DNA of 48,091 nt from Candidatus Deferrimicrobiaceae bacterium (GCA_049578085.1 JBAULH010000008.1:1-48091); one strand, 5' to 3'; counted from the stretch's first letter, positions 7,529 through 15,958 are shown. The notes: generated by a model not told the origin, from the letters alone. Made by a program: numbers and translations.

Positions 7529-8315
7529 CTTCTTTCCCTTCTTTCCCTTCTTTCCAGAGCTTTTCGAGCTCCTGGTACGATTTCGGGTATTCCGCCTGGT
7601 AGCGCAGGTAGATGGGGACCGGGTACCTCACCCCCCCGGCGTGGGTCTTCTCGAGTCCCTCGACAATCTTCTCCCCCATCCCGAACGGGAAGGTGAACGC
7701 CATCTCGTCGTCGGCGGTCATCCCGAAGATCCGGTCGCCGGAGCACGGCAGGATCACCTGCGGCTCCCCCGTCTTCTTTCCCTTGATCACGATGTCGGTG
7801 CAATCCCCGCGGCCCGAGAAGTCGCTTTTCAGGCTCCCCCCTTTTTCGTACAGGCATGCGTTCAGCAACCGGAGAACTTGGGCGGAATTACCGTACACAA
7901 GGACGGTGTCCGGCGTAAAATTCGCCCGCCCGAGGGGCGCCGCGACCAGCCAGGCGTACTCCCCGATATCGTACTTCGCCAGGGCCTCCTCGAATTTCGC
8001 CCCCGCCTCTCCGCAGGAGGCGTACATCCCGTCGGCCAGCTTCCCCGAAGTGTAGTACTCGTTCCGCTCTTCAAAGCCGAATGCCGCCTTGGCGATGGGA
8101 CAGGAGATGTCCTCTCCCGAAACCGCCATCGACCACCCGTATCTTCTTGCAATTGAAATTGCCTGGCATATCGCAACCTTAATGCCAAGATGCTTCATTG
8201 GTACTTTAACTCTTTCCGGCAAGGGATCCCCCGGTTTGTACGACCGGATCCCCAAGGGAAAGGTGTGAACCCGAAGGTGTTTTTCGAGGTGTCCGGATAG
8301 GGCGGCTGCTTCCAT
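7515..8315 (-). CDS. DUF169-family protein (COG2043-like), function unknown
   Basis: 266-aa ORF preceded by GGGAGGA N9 ATG. The sequence FPLGIRSYKPGD...LGIKVAICQAISIARRYGW...ISCPIAKAAFGF fits my recollection of DUF169. The C-terminal KEGKEGKEGGRS tail and the stop codon lie inside the repeat element. Confidence 0.75.
   Translation of the reverse strand: MEAAALSGHLEKHLRVHTFPLGIRSYKPGDPLPERVKVPMKHLGIKVAICQAISIARRYGWSMAVSGEDISCPIAKAAFGFEERNEYYTSGKLADGMYASCGEAGAKFEEALAKYDIGEYAWLVAAPLGRANFTPDTVLVYGNSAQVLRLLNACLYEKGGSLKSDFSGRGDCTDIVIKGKKTGEPQVILPCSGDRIFGMTADDEMAFTFPFGMGEKIVEGLEKTHAGGVRYPVPIYLRYQAEYPKSYQELEKLWKEGKEGKEGGRS
7530..7555. repeat. 9-bp tandem repeat TTCTTTCCC, about 2.9 copies
   Basis: It reads ttctttccc ttctttccc ttctttcc directly next to repeat copy 7512-7528, and it encodes the (KEG)3 tail of the DUF169 ORF. 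Confidence 0.85.
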
Positions 8316-8337
8316 GTCTATATATCCTCCCTAACGT

Positions 8338-9570
8338 TTAATCCCACTTTCTCTTGTCGACGATCTTTTTCTCTTTTTCGGAAAGGTCCGCGGCGTTTAC
8401 GAAGACGACATCACCCCGTATCCGAGTGACCTCCCTCGCCGTCTCGACAATCCGTGCGCGCAGCACGTCGGTGGGCGAGGCGCCGCCCCCGAGCACCGCC
8501 TGGATGGTCATCTGGTCCTCGTGCCCGACCCGGGTGATGACGAGTTGGAGGGTCTCGACCTCCGGGACCTTACTCTCGATCTGCCCCACCTGCTCGGGAT
8601 GCACGAACATCCCCTTGACCTTGGTCACCTGGTCGACCCGCCCTACGATGCGCAACAAGCGCGCGGAGGTCCTCCCGCAGGGGCATGGGTCGTCGGTGTA
8701 TATGGACAGGTCGCCCGTGGCGAACCGGACCAGAGGATAGGTCTCGTTGGGCAGCGTGACGACCACCTCCCCGATCGTTCCCGGCCCGACCGGTTCCCCC
8801 GTCGCCGGGTCGACAAGCTCAAGCAGGATCTCGTCGGGGATATGCATCCCCTTCGCCTCGAAGCACTCGTACCCGAGGGAGCCCGCGTCGGCCGTCCCGT
8901 AGGCCTGCCGCACCTGGATGCCGAACTCTTCCTGAAACCTTTGCCGCAGCGACTCGGGGAGCATCTCCGCGGCGACAAGCGCTACTTGGAGGCAGAGCCC
9001 ATCCCCGGGGGCGATCCCCATCTCCTTCCCCTTCTCGAGGATGGTCATGAGAAACGAAGGGGTCCCGACGTACCCCGTTACGGCGAGATCGCGCATGACC
9101 TGCGCCTGCAGCTCCGTGTTCCCCACGCCTGCGGGAATCACGGTGCAGCCGATCCGGATGAGCGCCTCGTCGAACATGAGGCCGGCCGGAGAAAAATGAT
9201 ACATGAAGGTGTTCTGCACGATGTCTCTGGGCCGGAAACCCGCGGCCACGAACGCCTTCTCCCATCGCCAGTGGGTCTCCTCCCTCCCCTCCGGGTCGTA
9301 CGTGGGACCGGGGGAGACGTAGATCCGCCGCATGGCGCGCGGGGGGAGCGCCGCCAGTCCGCCGAAGGGGAGCTCGCACTTCTGGATCGATTTTAAGTCC
9401 GCCTTCCGGGTGAGGGGGATCTTCGCGAGATCGGCCACATCGCGCACTTCGGCGGGCCTTACGCCCGCCTCGTCCATCTTCCGCCTGGTCGCCGGGGCGT
9501 TTTCGTAGGCGTGCCTCACCGCGTCGCCCAGGATCCTGCGCCGAAACCCTTCCCGCTCCTCCGGGGTCAT
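8338..9570 (-). CDS. phenylacetate-CoA ligase (PaaK/F390 synthetase) family protein with a degenerate P-loop
   Basis: 410-aa ORF that aligns by eye to E. coli PaaK: AVRHAYENAPATRRKMDEAGV, AYGTAD, RFATGDL, GRVDQVTKVKGMFVHP and a C-terminal IVDKRKWD. Where PaaK has ASSGTTGKPT, this protein has VSPGPTYDPE. Confidence 0.8.
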   Translation of the reverse strand: MTPEEREGFRRRILGDAVRHAYENAPATRRKMDEAGVRPAEVRDVADLAKIPLTRKADLKSIQKCELPFGGLAALPPRAMRRIYVSPGPTYDPEGREETHWRWEKAFVAAGFRPRDIVQNTFMYHFSPAGLMFDEALIRIGCTVIPAGVGNTELQAQVMRDLAVTGYVGTPSFLMTILEKGKEMGIAPGDGLCLQVALVAAEMLPESLRQRFQEEFGIQVRQAYGTADAGSLGYECFEAKGMHIPDEILLELVDPATGEPVGPGTIGEVVVTLPNETYPLVRFATGDLSIYTDDPCPCGRTSARLLRIVGRVDQVTKVKGMFVHPEQVGQIESKVPEVETLQLVITRVGHEDQMTIQAVLGGGASPTDVLRARIVETAREVTRIRGDVVFVNAADLSEKEKKIVDKRKWD

Positions 9571-9573
9571 TCG

Positions 9574-9615
9574 TTACTGGGCCTCGTCGAAGAACCCTCG
9601 CTTCCTGTCGATCAT
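9574..9615 (-). CDS. candidate 13-codon upstream ORF (MIDRKRGFFDEAQ*) in frame with the PaaK-like gene
   Basis: GGAGGGGAATC ATG gives a strong SD at ideal spacing. The TAA stop at 9576-9574 sits one codon (CGA) before the PaaK-like ATG, in the same reading frame. Confidence 0.3.
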   Translation of the reverse strand: MIDRKRGFFDEAQ

Positions 9616-9642
9616 GATTCCCCTCCGGGCACCTGTGAAAAC

Positions 9643-9802
9643 GGGGACGTTCCTGAACGGTCCACAAGAAAAGGGACGTTCTTCAACATATCGCCTTGTC
9701 TCTGGCAAGAAATTGAAAATATTATCGTTTTCCCTTTCGATCCCGCGGCATGATGGCTAGTTCAGCAACGTCCCCTGACTGTCACAGTTCAGCAACGTCC
9801 CC
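9643..9802. repeat. intercistronic 17-nt repeat cluster B (two direct copies plus two inverted copies around an AT-richer core)
   Basis: Copies are GGGGACGTTCCTGAAC (9643-9658), AGGGACGTTCTTCAAC (9672-9687), AGTTCAGCAACGTCCCC (9759-9775) and AGTTCAGCAACGTCCCC (9786-9802). The central core is about 71 nt. Confidence 0.9.
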
Positions 9803-9823
9803 GGGCTGTCCGTCCCCGGGCGG

Positions 9824-10618
9824 TCAGGAGAGCCAGCGTTTGCGGCGCCGGTAGTGCTTCGTATCCCTGTACGACTTACGCGTGCCCAGTTCGGTCATCC
9901 CGAGATAGAACTCCTTGACGTCCTCGTTGTTGGCCAACACCTGCGTCTCGCCGTCCAGGACCACCTTCCCGTTCTCCATGATGTAGCCGTAGCTCGAAAT
10001 GGACAGGGCCACGCGGGCGTTCTGCTCCACGAGCAGGATCGTCGTCTTCTCTTTTTCGTTGATTTCCTTGATGATCCCGAAGATCTCCCTGACCAGCAGG
10101 GGGGAAAGTCCGAGCGACGGCTCGTCGAGCAGCATAAGCTTTGGCCGGGCCATCAGCGCCCGCCCGATGGCGAGCATCTGCTGCTCCCCCCCCGAGAGGT
10201 ATCCCGCCAGCTGTTTCCGCCGATCCGTAAGCTGGGGGAAGTATCCGTAGACCCGGTCGTAGTCCCGCCTCACGTTCCTTCCGTCTTTCCGTGTGTGCGC
10301 ACCGCACCGCAGGTTCTCCTCGACCGACAGGTCCTCGAAGACCCGGCGGCCCTCCATCACCTGGAAGATCCCCCGGCGGACGATCTCTTCCGCGTCCTTC
10401 CCGTTCACCTTCTCGCCCTCGAACAGGATCTCCCCGTCAGTCACCTCCCCCTCCTCGGATTTGAGGAGCCCGGAGATCGCCTTGAGCGTGGTGCTTTTCC
10501 CCGCCCCGTTGGCTCCCAGAAGCGCCACGATTTGCCCCTTCGGGACCGCGAGGGAGAGTCCTTTCAGGACGAGAATGACATCCGAGTAGATTACCTCGAT
10601 GTTGTTCACCTGGAGCAT
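9824..10618 (-). CDS. livF: Liv-type (HAAT-family) ABC transporter ATP-binding protein, LivF-like
   Basis: 264-aa ORF with Walker A (GANGAGKST), the signature LSGGEQQML and Walker B (LMLLDEPS). It has a basic C-terminal tail of about 30 aa (YRDTKHYRRRKRWLS). Confidence 0.9.
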   Translation of the reverse strand: MLQVNNIEVIYSDVILVLKGLSLAVPKGQIVALLGANGAGKSTTLKAISGLLKSEEGEVTDGEILFEGEKVNGKDAEEIVRRGIFQVMEGRRVFEDLSVEENLRCGAHTRKDGRNVRRDYDRVYGYFPQLTDRRKQLAGYLSGGEQQMLAIGRALMARPKLMLLDEPSLGLSPLLVREIFGIIKEINEKEKTTILLVEQNARVALSISSYGYIMENGKVVLDGETQVLANNEDVKEFYLGMTELGTRKSYRDTKHYRRRKRWLS

Positions 10619-10650
10619 ACGTCCCCTGCCGGTTTCGTTTTTTTCTCGTG

Positions 10651-10678
10651 CGGGGAGGGGGAATCCACCCCCTCCCCG
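10651..10678 (-). other. perfect 11-bp G/C stem-loop immediately downstream of the binding-protein gene
   Basis: It reads CGGGGAGGGGG aatcca CCCCCTCCCCG. On the minus strand no U-tract follows it (A7 follows instead), so it is more likely an mRNA-stabilising or processing hairpin than an intrinsic terminator. Confidence 0.6.
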
Positions 10679-10697
10679 TCCCGTTTCCCCGTTCCGT

Positions 10698-11879
10698 TTA
10701 CAGCCCGAGCCACTCCGCCTTGCGCGGAAGCTCGATCGTCGTCTTGTAAACGAGTTTCCCTTTTTGGTACTCGTAGATCTTGGCCGACATGTTCGGACGG
10801 TGGTCGGTCGGGGTGAACGTGATCTTGGAGGTCAGCCCTCCCGTGTCGAAGTCCTTAAACGTTTCCAGCGCAGCCTTCACGCCCGGGCCGTTCAGCTCGC
10901 CCTTCTTGTCGGCGATCTTCAACGCCTCGCACAGCACCATCATGGAGACCCAGCCCCGGATGTAGTGCGTATTCTGGTGCTCGTTCTTGGTGACCTCCTG
11001 GATGAGCTTCATTCCGGGGACCTTGTCGCCATATACCGCCGCGGCCTGGAGGCCGAGTACGCCATCGGTGGCATCGCCCGCGATCTTGATCAGGTCTTCG
11101 TCGTTCCCCCAGATGTTCACGAGGAACTTCGTCTTGAGACCGAGCTTTTTGGCATCCTTGATGATGACCGCAGCCGAGGGGGTGGTGCCGCCGATCCAAG
11201 CGAAGTCGGCGCCCTTGTTCTTCACGGAGAGCATCTGGGAGTTCGCCTCGATCGCCTTGAGTCCCACCTCCTCGTCGCCCAGTATGGCGGACCCAACGAA
11301 CCCAAGCTCCTTGGCATACTCCTTCCCTCCCTTGATCGGGGCGATCCCGTAAGGGTGGTTCGGATAGATGAAGACGAGCTTGGGGGTCCGCTTCTCCTTC
11401 CAGTTGTCCTTGATGTACTTCAAGCCCGCCCGCAACTGGGTTGTGTAGTCCGCCGCGATGAAGAAGTTGTACGGAGCGTTCTTGGGGTCTGTCAGGTGGG
11501 CCGAGTACGAGGCGGACAGATAGGGAATCTTGTCCGCGGCGAGGAACCCGGTCAGTGCCTCGGTGTCACCCGTTCCCCAACCCTGGATCGCCACCACCTT
11601 CTCCTCGATGTATTTCTTGTACTGGTTGATCGCCTTGTTCTTGTCATACGCATAATCGAACATCTGCATGTCGATCTGCTTGCCGTTGATCCCGCCGTGA
11701 GCGTTGACGTAGTTCTTGTAATCCTGCACTCCTTTGGCATACGGGTTGCCGACCGACGACGTCGGGCCGGTGAGGTCGGCAAGATGGCCGATCTTGATAT
11801 CTGCGGCCAGCGCTGCCCCGGCGATTAGAAACATTGTGCACACCGCTGCCGCCGCCACTCGAATTAGTGTCCTGCCCAT
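10698..11879 (-). CDS. ABC transporter periplasmic substrate-binding protein (LivK/Peripla_BP_6-like)
   Basis: I chose the start at ATG 11879 (TAAGGAGGAGAGA ATG). This gives the signal peptide MGRTLIRVAAAAVCTMFLIAGAALA. The track ORF starts 16 codons further upstream. Confidence 0.88.
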   Translation of the reverse strand: MGRTLIRVAAAAVCTMFLIAGAALAADIKIGHLADLTGPTSSVGNPYAKGVQDYKNYVNAHGGINGKQIDMQMFDYAYDKNKAINQYKKYIEEKVVAIQGWGTGDTEALTGFLAADKIPYLSASYSAHLTDPKNAPYNFFIAADYTTQLRAGLKYIKDNWKEKRTPKLVFIYPNHPYGIAPIKGGKEYAKELGFVGSAILGDEEVGLKAIEANSQMLSVKNKGADFAWIGGTTPSAAVIIKDAKKLGLKTKFLVNIWGNDEDLIKIAGDATDGVLGLQAAAVYGDKVPGMKLIQEVTKNEHQNTHYIRGWVSMMVLCEALKIADKKGELNGPGVKAALETFKDFDTGGLTSKITFTPTDHRPNMSAKIYEYQKGKLVYKTTIELPRKAEWLGL

Positions 11880-12039
11880 TCTCTCCTCCTTAATTTTTTT
11901 TCGGTACCGCTTCGCCCATTTTCCCAAACACCATCCCTCTGATGCTTTCCCGATCGTCCCCGAAGTGTCCCCCGCTTCCCCCCTTCCTTATAATATGGCC
12001 AGGCATTTTAGGATTCCTTTTACGCCCGTTGATTCCCCC

Positions 12040-13107
12040 TCAATACGAGAACGGATAGAGTTTCCAGTACGCTTTGACCATCTTCCACCGGTGCGCGAGC
12101 CCGTCAGGCTCGAAGATGAGGAACATGATGATGATCAGGCCGAAGATCCCGTGCTCGAAAGAGATCGCCAGTTTGGCGATGTTCGGGTAGTCGGCGGACA
12201 CTGCCCCAGTCACTACCGAGAGAAGCTTCGGCAGGAGGATCATGAAGACCGCGCCGAAGATGGAGCCGATGATGGACCCCAGTCCTCCGATGATGATCAT
12301 CGCGAGGTAGACGATCGACACCCCGATGTTGAACTGCTCGGAGGATACGTACTTCAGGGAGTGGCCGAACAGGGCGCCCGCGACCCCCGCGTAAAACGAC
12401 GAGATCCCGAAGGACAGGAGGCGGTACTTGAACAGGTTGATCCCCATGATTTCCGCGGAGATGTAGTGATCCCGCACGGCCATGAAGGCCCTTCCGGTCC
12501 GGGTGCGCATCAGATTGGCGGCGAACAGGATCATGACGATCGCCACGGCAAACACGATGTAGTAGTACGACCGATCCGTGGAGAACGTGTACCCCGCGAT
12601 CGAGGGGCGGGGGATCGTGATCCCGTAGCTCCCCCCCGTCACCGATTCCCACCGGAGGAAGATCCACTCGAGGATGAACTGGGATGCCAGCGTCGCGATC
12701 GCCAGGTAGAGCCCCTTGAGCCGGAGCGACGGGATGCCGAAGACCATCCCGGCCATGGCCGTGACCAGGCCCGCCGCGGGAATCCCCACCCAGAAGGAGA
12801 GACCCATCTTCGCGGTCACGTAGGCCGAAGTGTATGCTCCCACCCCAAGAAACGCCCCCTGGCCGAGGGAGATCTGCCCGGTGTACCCCGTCAGGATGTT
12901 GATGCCGACCGCGCCAATGGACGCGATAAGGATCTGGAGGAGAATCCAGAGGTATTCCCCCTTCAGGAGATATTCCCCTTCCAACTTGAGGACCGGTAGG
13001 ACGAGGAGAAAACCGAGGAAGGCCGCCAGACAGACCTTGATGAACGGGGTCTGGAAGATCTCCATGTCCTTCCGGTAAGTGGTGCGGAAATCCCCGCAAT
13101 AGTGCAT
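12040..13107 (-). CDS. livM: Liv-type ABC transporter permease, LivM-like
   Basis: 355-aa polytopic hydrophobic ORF (GYTGQISLGQGAFLGVGAYT motif). Confidence 0.88.
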   Translation of the reverse strand: MHYCGDFRTTYRKDMEIFQTPFIKVCLAAFLGFLLVLPVLKLEGEYLLKGEYLWILLQILIASIGAVGINILTGYTGQISLGQGAFLGVGAYTSAYVTAKMGLSFWVGIPAAGLVTAMAGMVFGIPSLRLKGLYLAIATLASQFILEWIFLRWESVTGGSYGITIPRPSIAGYTFSTDRSYYYIVFAVAIVMILFAANLMRTRTGRAFMAVRDHYISAEIMGINLFKYRLLSFGISSFYAGVAGALFGHSLKYVSSEQFNIGVSIVYLAMIIIGGLGSIIGSIFGAVFMILLPKLLSVVTGAVSADYPNIAKLAISFEHGIFGLIIIMFLIFEPDGLAHRWKMVKAYWKLYPFSY

Positions 13108-13140
13108 TCCCGCGTCTCCTTGCGGTTCCCCCTTGTTTTC

Positions 13141-14037
13141 CTACACCCTCTCGATTTCCTTCGTGCCGAAGAGGCCGTAGGGCTTGATCATCAGGATGAT
13201 GACCAGAAAGATGTACGGCGCAACCTCCTTGACTCCGCTCAAGTTCAGGTACGTCTTGCAGAACCCGTCGGAGAGGTTCTCCAGGATCCCGATGATCATT
13301 CCCCCGAGGGCGGCCCCGAGAATGGAGTCCAGCCCGCCGAGAATCGTCGCCGGGAATACCTTCAGTCCGAAGTGGTAGAGCGAGCTGTTGATCCCGTTGA
13401 TGTTGCCGATCAGCACCCCCCCGATCCCCGACACGACCGCCGAGATCACCCAGGACAGGGCGAAGATGTGTTTCACCGAGATCCCCATCGACTGGGCGAC
13501 CTGCTGGTTGAAGGCGGTCGCCCGCATGGCCACCCCCGCCTTGGAGTACTTGAAGAAGACCGAAAAGACCGCCAGGAGGAAGACGGAGAGAACAAAGCAC
13601 CACACGAACTCGAGGGAGATGGGAAGCCCGGCGATCTCGATCATCTCCTGGGGAAAGAGCTTCGGTTCGTATACGAGAATCTCTGTCCCCCAGATGGCCG
13701 AGACGATCGACCGGAGGACCAGCGAAAGCCCGATGGTGACCATGATGATGGAGATGACCGGCTCCCCGATCATAGGACGGAGGATCAGGCGCTCGACGAA
13801 CATGGCCAGTATCATTCCGAACAGGATGGTGAGCAGAAGCGCAGCCCAGAACGGGACGTGCATCTGCACGAGGAATGCGAAGCACACGTAGGCGCCCACC
13901 ATCAGCAGCTCGCCCTGCGCGAAGTTCACGACGCGGGTCGCCTTGTAGATAACGACGAAACCCAGGGCGACCGCCGAGTAGATGCTGCCGATGACCAGGC
14001 CGCTGATCACCAGCTGCAGTAAGTATTCGAACGTCAT
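13141..14037 (-). CDS. livH: Liv-type ABC transporter permease, LivH-like
   Basis: 298-aa polytopic ORF (NFAQGELLMVGAY motif). Confidence 0.88.
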   Translation of the reverse strand: MTFEYLLQLVISGLVIGSIYSAVALGFVVIYKATRVVNFAQGELLMVGAYVCFAFLVQMHVPFWAALLLTILFGMILAMFVERLILRPMIGEPVISIIMVTIGLSLVLRSIVSAIWGTEILVYEPKLFPQEMIEIAGLPISLEFVWCFVLSVFLLAVFSVFFKYSKAGVAMRATAFNQQVAQSMGISVKHIFALSWVISAVVSGIGGVLIGNINGINSSLYHFGLKVFPATILGGLDSILGAALGGMIIGILENLSDGFCKTYLNLSGVKEVAPYIFLVIILMIKPYGLFGTKEIERV

Positions 14038-14046
14038 CTTCCCTCC

Positions 14047-15954
14047 CTATAAATCCCGGACCGCAAGCTTCGTCCTGATCTTCGAGGTCTTCCCGTCCTG
14101 GTACTTGATTACGGCGTCGATCGGAATCGATGCCGCCCCGGCGTATATCCCCTCGATCACGTGCCGGTACCTCTCCCCCACAAAGGCGCGCCGGACCTTC
14201 CTCGTGCGGGTCAACTCGTCGTCGTCCGCATCCAGCTCCTTGTACAGGAGCAGGAACCGCCGGATCCGGGTGGCTTCGGGAAGAGTGGCGTTCACTTTTT
14301 CCACTTCCTTCGCGATAAGCTCCACAACCTCGGGCTTCCCCGCCAAGTCGGTGTAGGTCGTGTAGTTGATCCTCCGGCTCTCCGCCCACTTTCCGACATT
14401 GGGGTAGTCGATGCAGATCATCGAGGCGATGAAGTCCCGCTCGTGCTCCAGACAGACGCACTCCTTGATGTAGGGAGAGAACTTGAGCTTGTTCTCGATG
14501 AACTGGGGAGAGAACCCCGTCCCGTCGGTAAGGTGCATGACGTCCTTTACGCGATCGATGACGATGAGTTGCCCGTCCTCGGTGAAGTATCCCGCGTCCC
14601 CGGAGTGGAGCCAGCCTCCCGCGAGGGTCTTCTCGGTCTCCTCGGGGCTCTTGTAGTACCCCAGAAACACCGAGGGGCTCCGGGAGAGGATCTCGCCGGT
14701 CTCCGAGATCCGGATCTTGGTTTCGGGGATCGGTTCCCCCACGGAGTCGAAGTGGATGTCCCCCTCCCGGTGGATGCAGGAGATGCCGGAGATCTCGGTC
14801 TGCCCGTAGATCTGCTTGAGGTTTACCCCCATCGCGTTGAAGAACTTGAAAATGTCGGGCCCGAGGGCCGCGCCGCCCGTGGAGGCTGTGCGGATGCCGA
14901 GAAGGCCGAGCCTGTCCTTCAGGGCCCGGAACACGAGGTAGTACGCCAGCCGGTGCTTCAGTTTGAGAAGGGGGCCCGGATTCTGCTTTCGGAAGATGGT
15001 ATCCGCGTACTCGTACCCGACGGGGAGAGCCCAGTTGTACATCGTCCGCTTGAGCCGGGAGGCGTCCATGACCTTCACCTGGACGGTGGACGTCATGTTT
15101 TCCCAGATCCGCGGCGGGGAGAACATGATGTTCGGGCCGATCTCCCGGATGTTTTCCTGTACGGTCTCGGGCTTTTCGGGGAAATTGACCGTGAATCCGG
15201 TGAGAAGCGCGCTGGACAGGCACATCATCTGCTCCCCGATCCAGGCGAGAGGGAGGAAGGAGACAAACTCGTCGCTCTCGAACTTCGGGTCGACCTCCAT
15301 CAGGTTCGCGGCCATCGTGAGGAGGTTCCGGAAAGAGAGCATGGCGCCCTTCGGGAACCCGGTCGTCCCGGAGGTGTAGCAGATGAGCGCCAGATCATCC
15401 ATCTTCCCCTCGGCGACCTTTTTCGGGTAGAGACCAGGCTCCCGCTCCTCCAGCTCCCGGCCGCAGTTCTCCACCTCCTGGAAGTCTAGCAGGCAGGGCT
15501 CCTTGTACCCCCGCATCCCCCGGGGGTCGCTGTACACCACGTACCGGACCTTCGGCAGCTGCTCCTTCATTCCGAGGATCTTGTCCACCTGTTCCTGGTC
15601 CTCGGCCACCACGAACGTGGAGTCGGAGTGGTCGATGACGTAGGAAACCTCTTTCAGCGTCGAGTCCTGGTACAGGCCCAGCGGCACGGCACCGGCCGCC
15701 TGGGCGGCCACCTCGGCCCACACCCACTCCGGCCGGTTGTCCCCGATGATGGCGACCTTGTCCCCGGGGGACAGGCCCAGGGAAACCAGCCCGAGGGAGA
15801 AGTGCTTTACATGCTCGTGGTACTCCTTCCAGGTGAACTCCTGCCAGATTCCGAACTCCTTCTCTCGCATGGCGACCTTCCGCTCTCCCAACCGTTCCGC
15901 ATTGCGGAGCAGAAGCTTCGGGAAGGTGTCGTGCTGCGCCAGGATGCCTTTCAT
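14047..15954 (-). CDS. AMP-forming long-chain acyl-CoA synthetase (FadD-like) embedded in the ABC operon
   Basis: It carries the canonical adenylation motifs YTSGTTGFPKGAMLS, YGQTE and GWLHSGDAG. I chose the start at ATG 15954 (MKGILAQ...), 5 nt after the livG stop with GGAGG upstream. The track start at 15993 overlaps livG. Confidence 0.88.
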   Translation of the reverse strand: MKGILAQHDTFPKLLLRNAERLGERKVAMREKEFGIWQEFTWKEYHEHVKHFSLGLVSLGLSPGDKVAIIGDNRPEWVWAEVAAQAAGAVPLGLYQDSTLKEVSYVIDHSDSTFVVAEDQEQVDKILGMKEQLPKVRYVVYSDPRGMRGYKEPCLLDFQEVENCGRELEEREPGLYPKKVAEGKMDDLALICYTSGTTGFPKGAMLSFRNLLTMAANLMEVDPKFESDEFVSFLPLAWIGEQMMCLSSALLTGFTVNFPEKPETVQENIREIGPNIMFSPPRIWENMTSTVQVKVMDASRLKRTMYNWALPVGYEYADTIFRKQNPGPLLKLKHRLAYYLVFRALKDRLGLLGIRTASTGGAALGPDIFKFFNAMGVNLKQIYGQTEISGISCIHREGDIHFDSVGEPIPETKIRISETGEILSRSPSVFLGYYKSPEETEKTLAGGWLHSGDAGYFTEDGQLIVIDRVKDVMHLTDGTGFSPQFIENKLKFSPYIKECVCLEHERDFIASMICIDYPNVGKWAESRRINYTTYTDLAGKPEVVELIAKEVEKVNATLPEATRIRRFLLLYKELDADDDELTRTRKVRRAFVGERYRHVIEGIYAGAASIPIDAVIKYQDGKTSKIRTKLAVRDL

Positions 15955-15958
15955 CTTC

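Noticed and set aside
9703-9717. TGGCAA-N4-TTGA on the plus strand inside repeat gap B as a sigma-54 promoter.
   Set aside because: The spacing is one nt short of the consensus, the -12 is GA rather than GC, and it points antisense into livF with no plus-strand gene downstream.
7415-9802. The 17-nt repeats as a possible CRISPR array.
   Set aside because: There are only 2+2 copies per locus, the copies are in inverted orientation, the spacing is irregular (27-32 nt, with cores of 21 and 71 nt), the repeat is too short, and there are no cas genes.
12104-15223. A 1039-aa minus-strand ORF overlapping livM, livH and the acyl-CoA synthetase in another frame.
   Set aside because: It is out of frame over three genes that have clear family motifs. 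Its product is R/G/P/H/D-rich with no domain signature.
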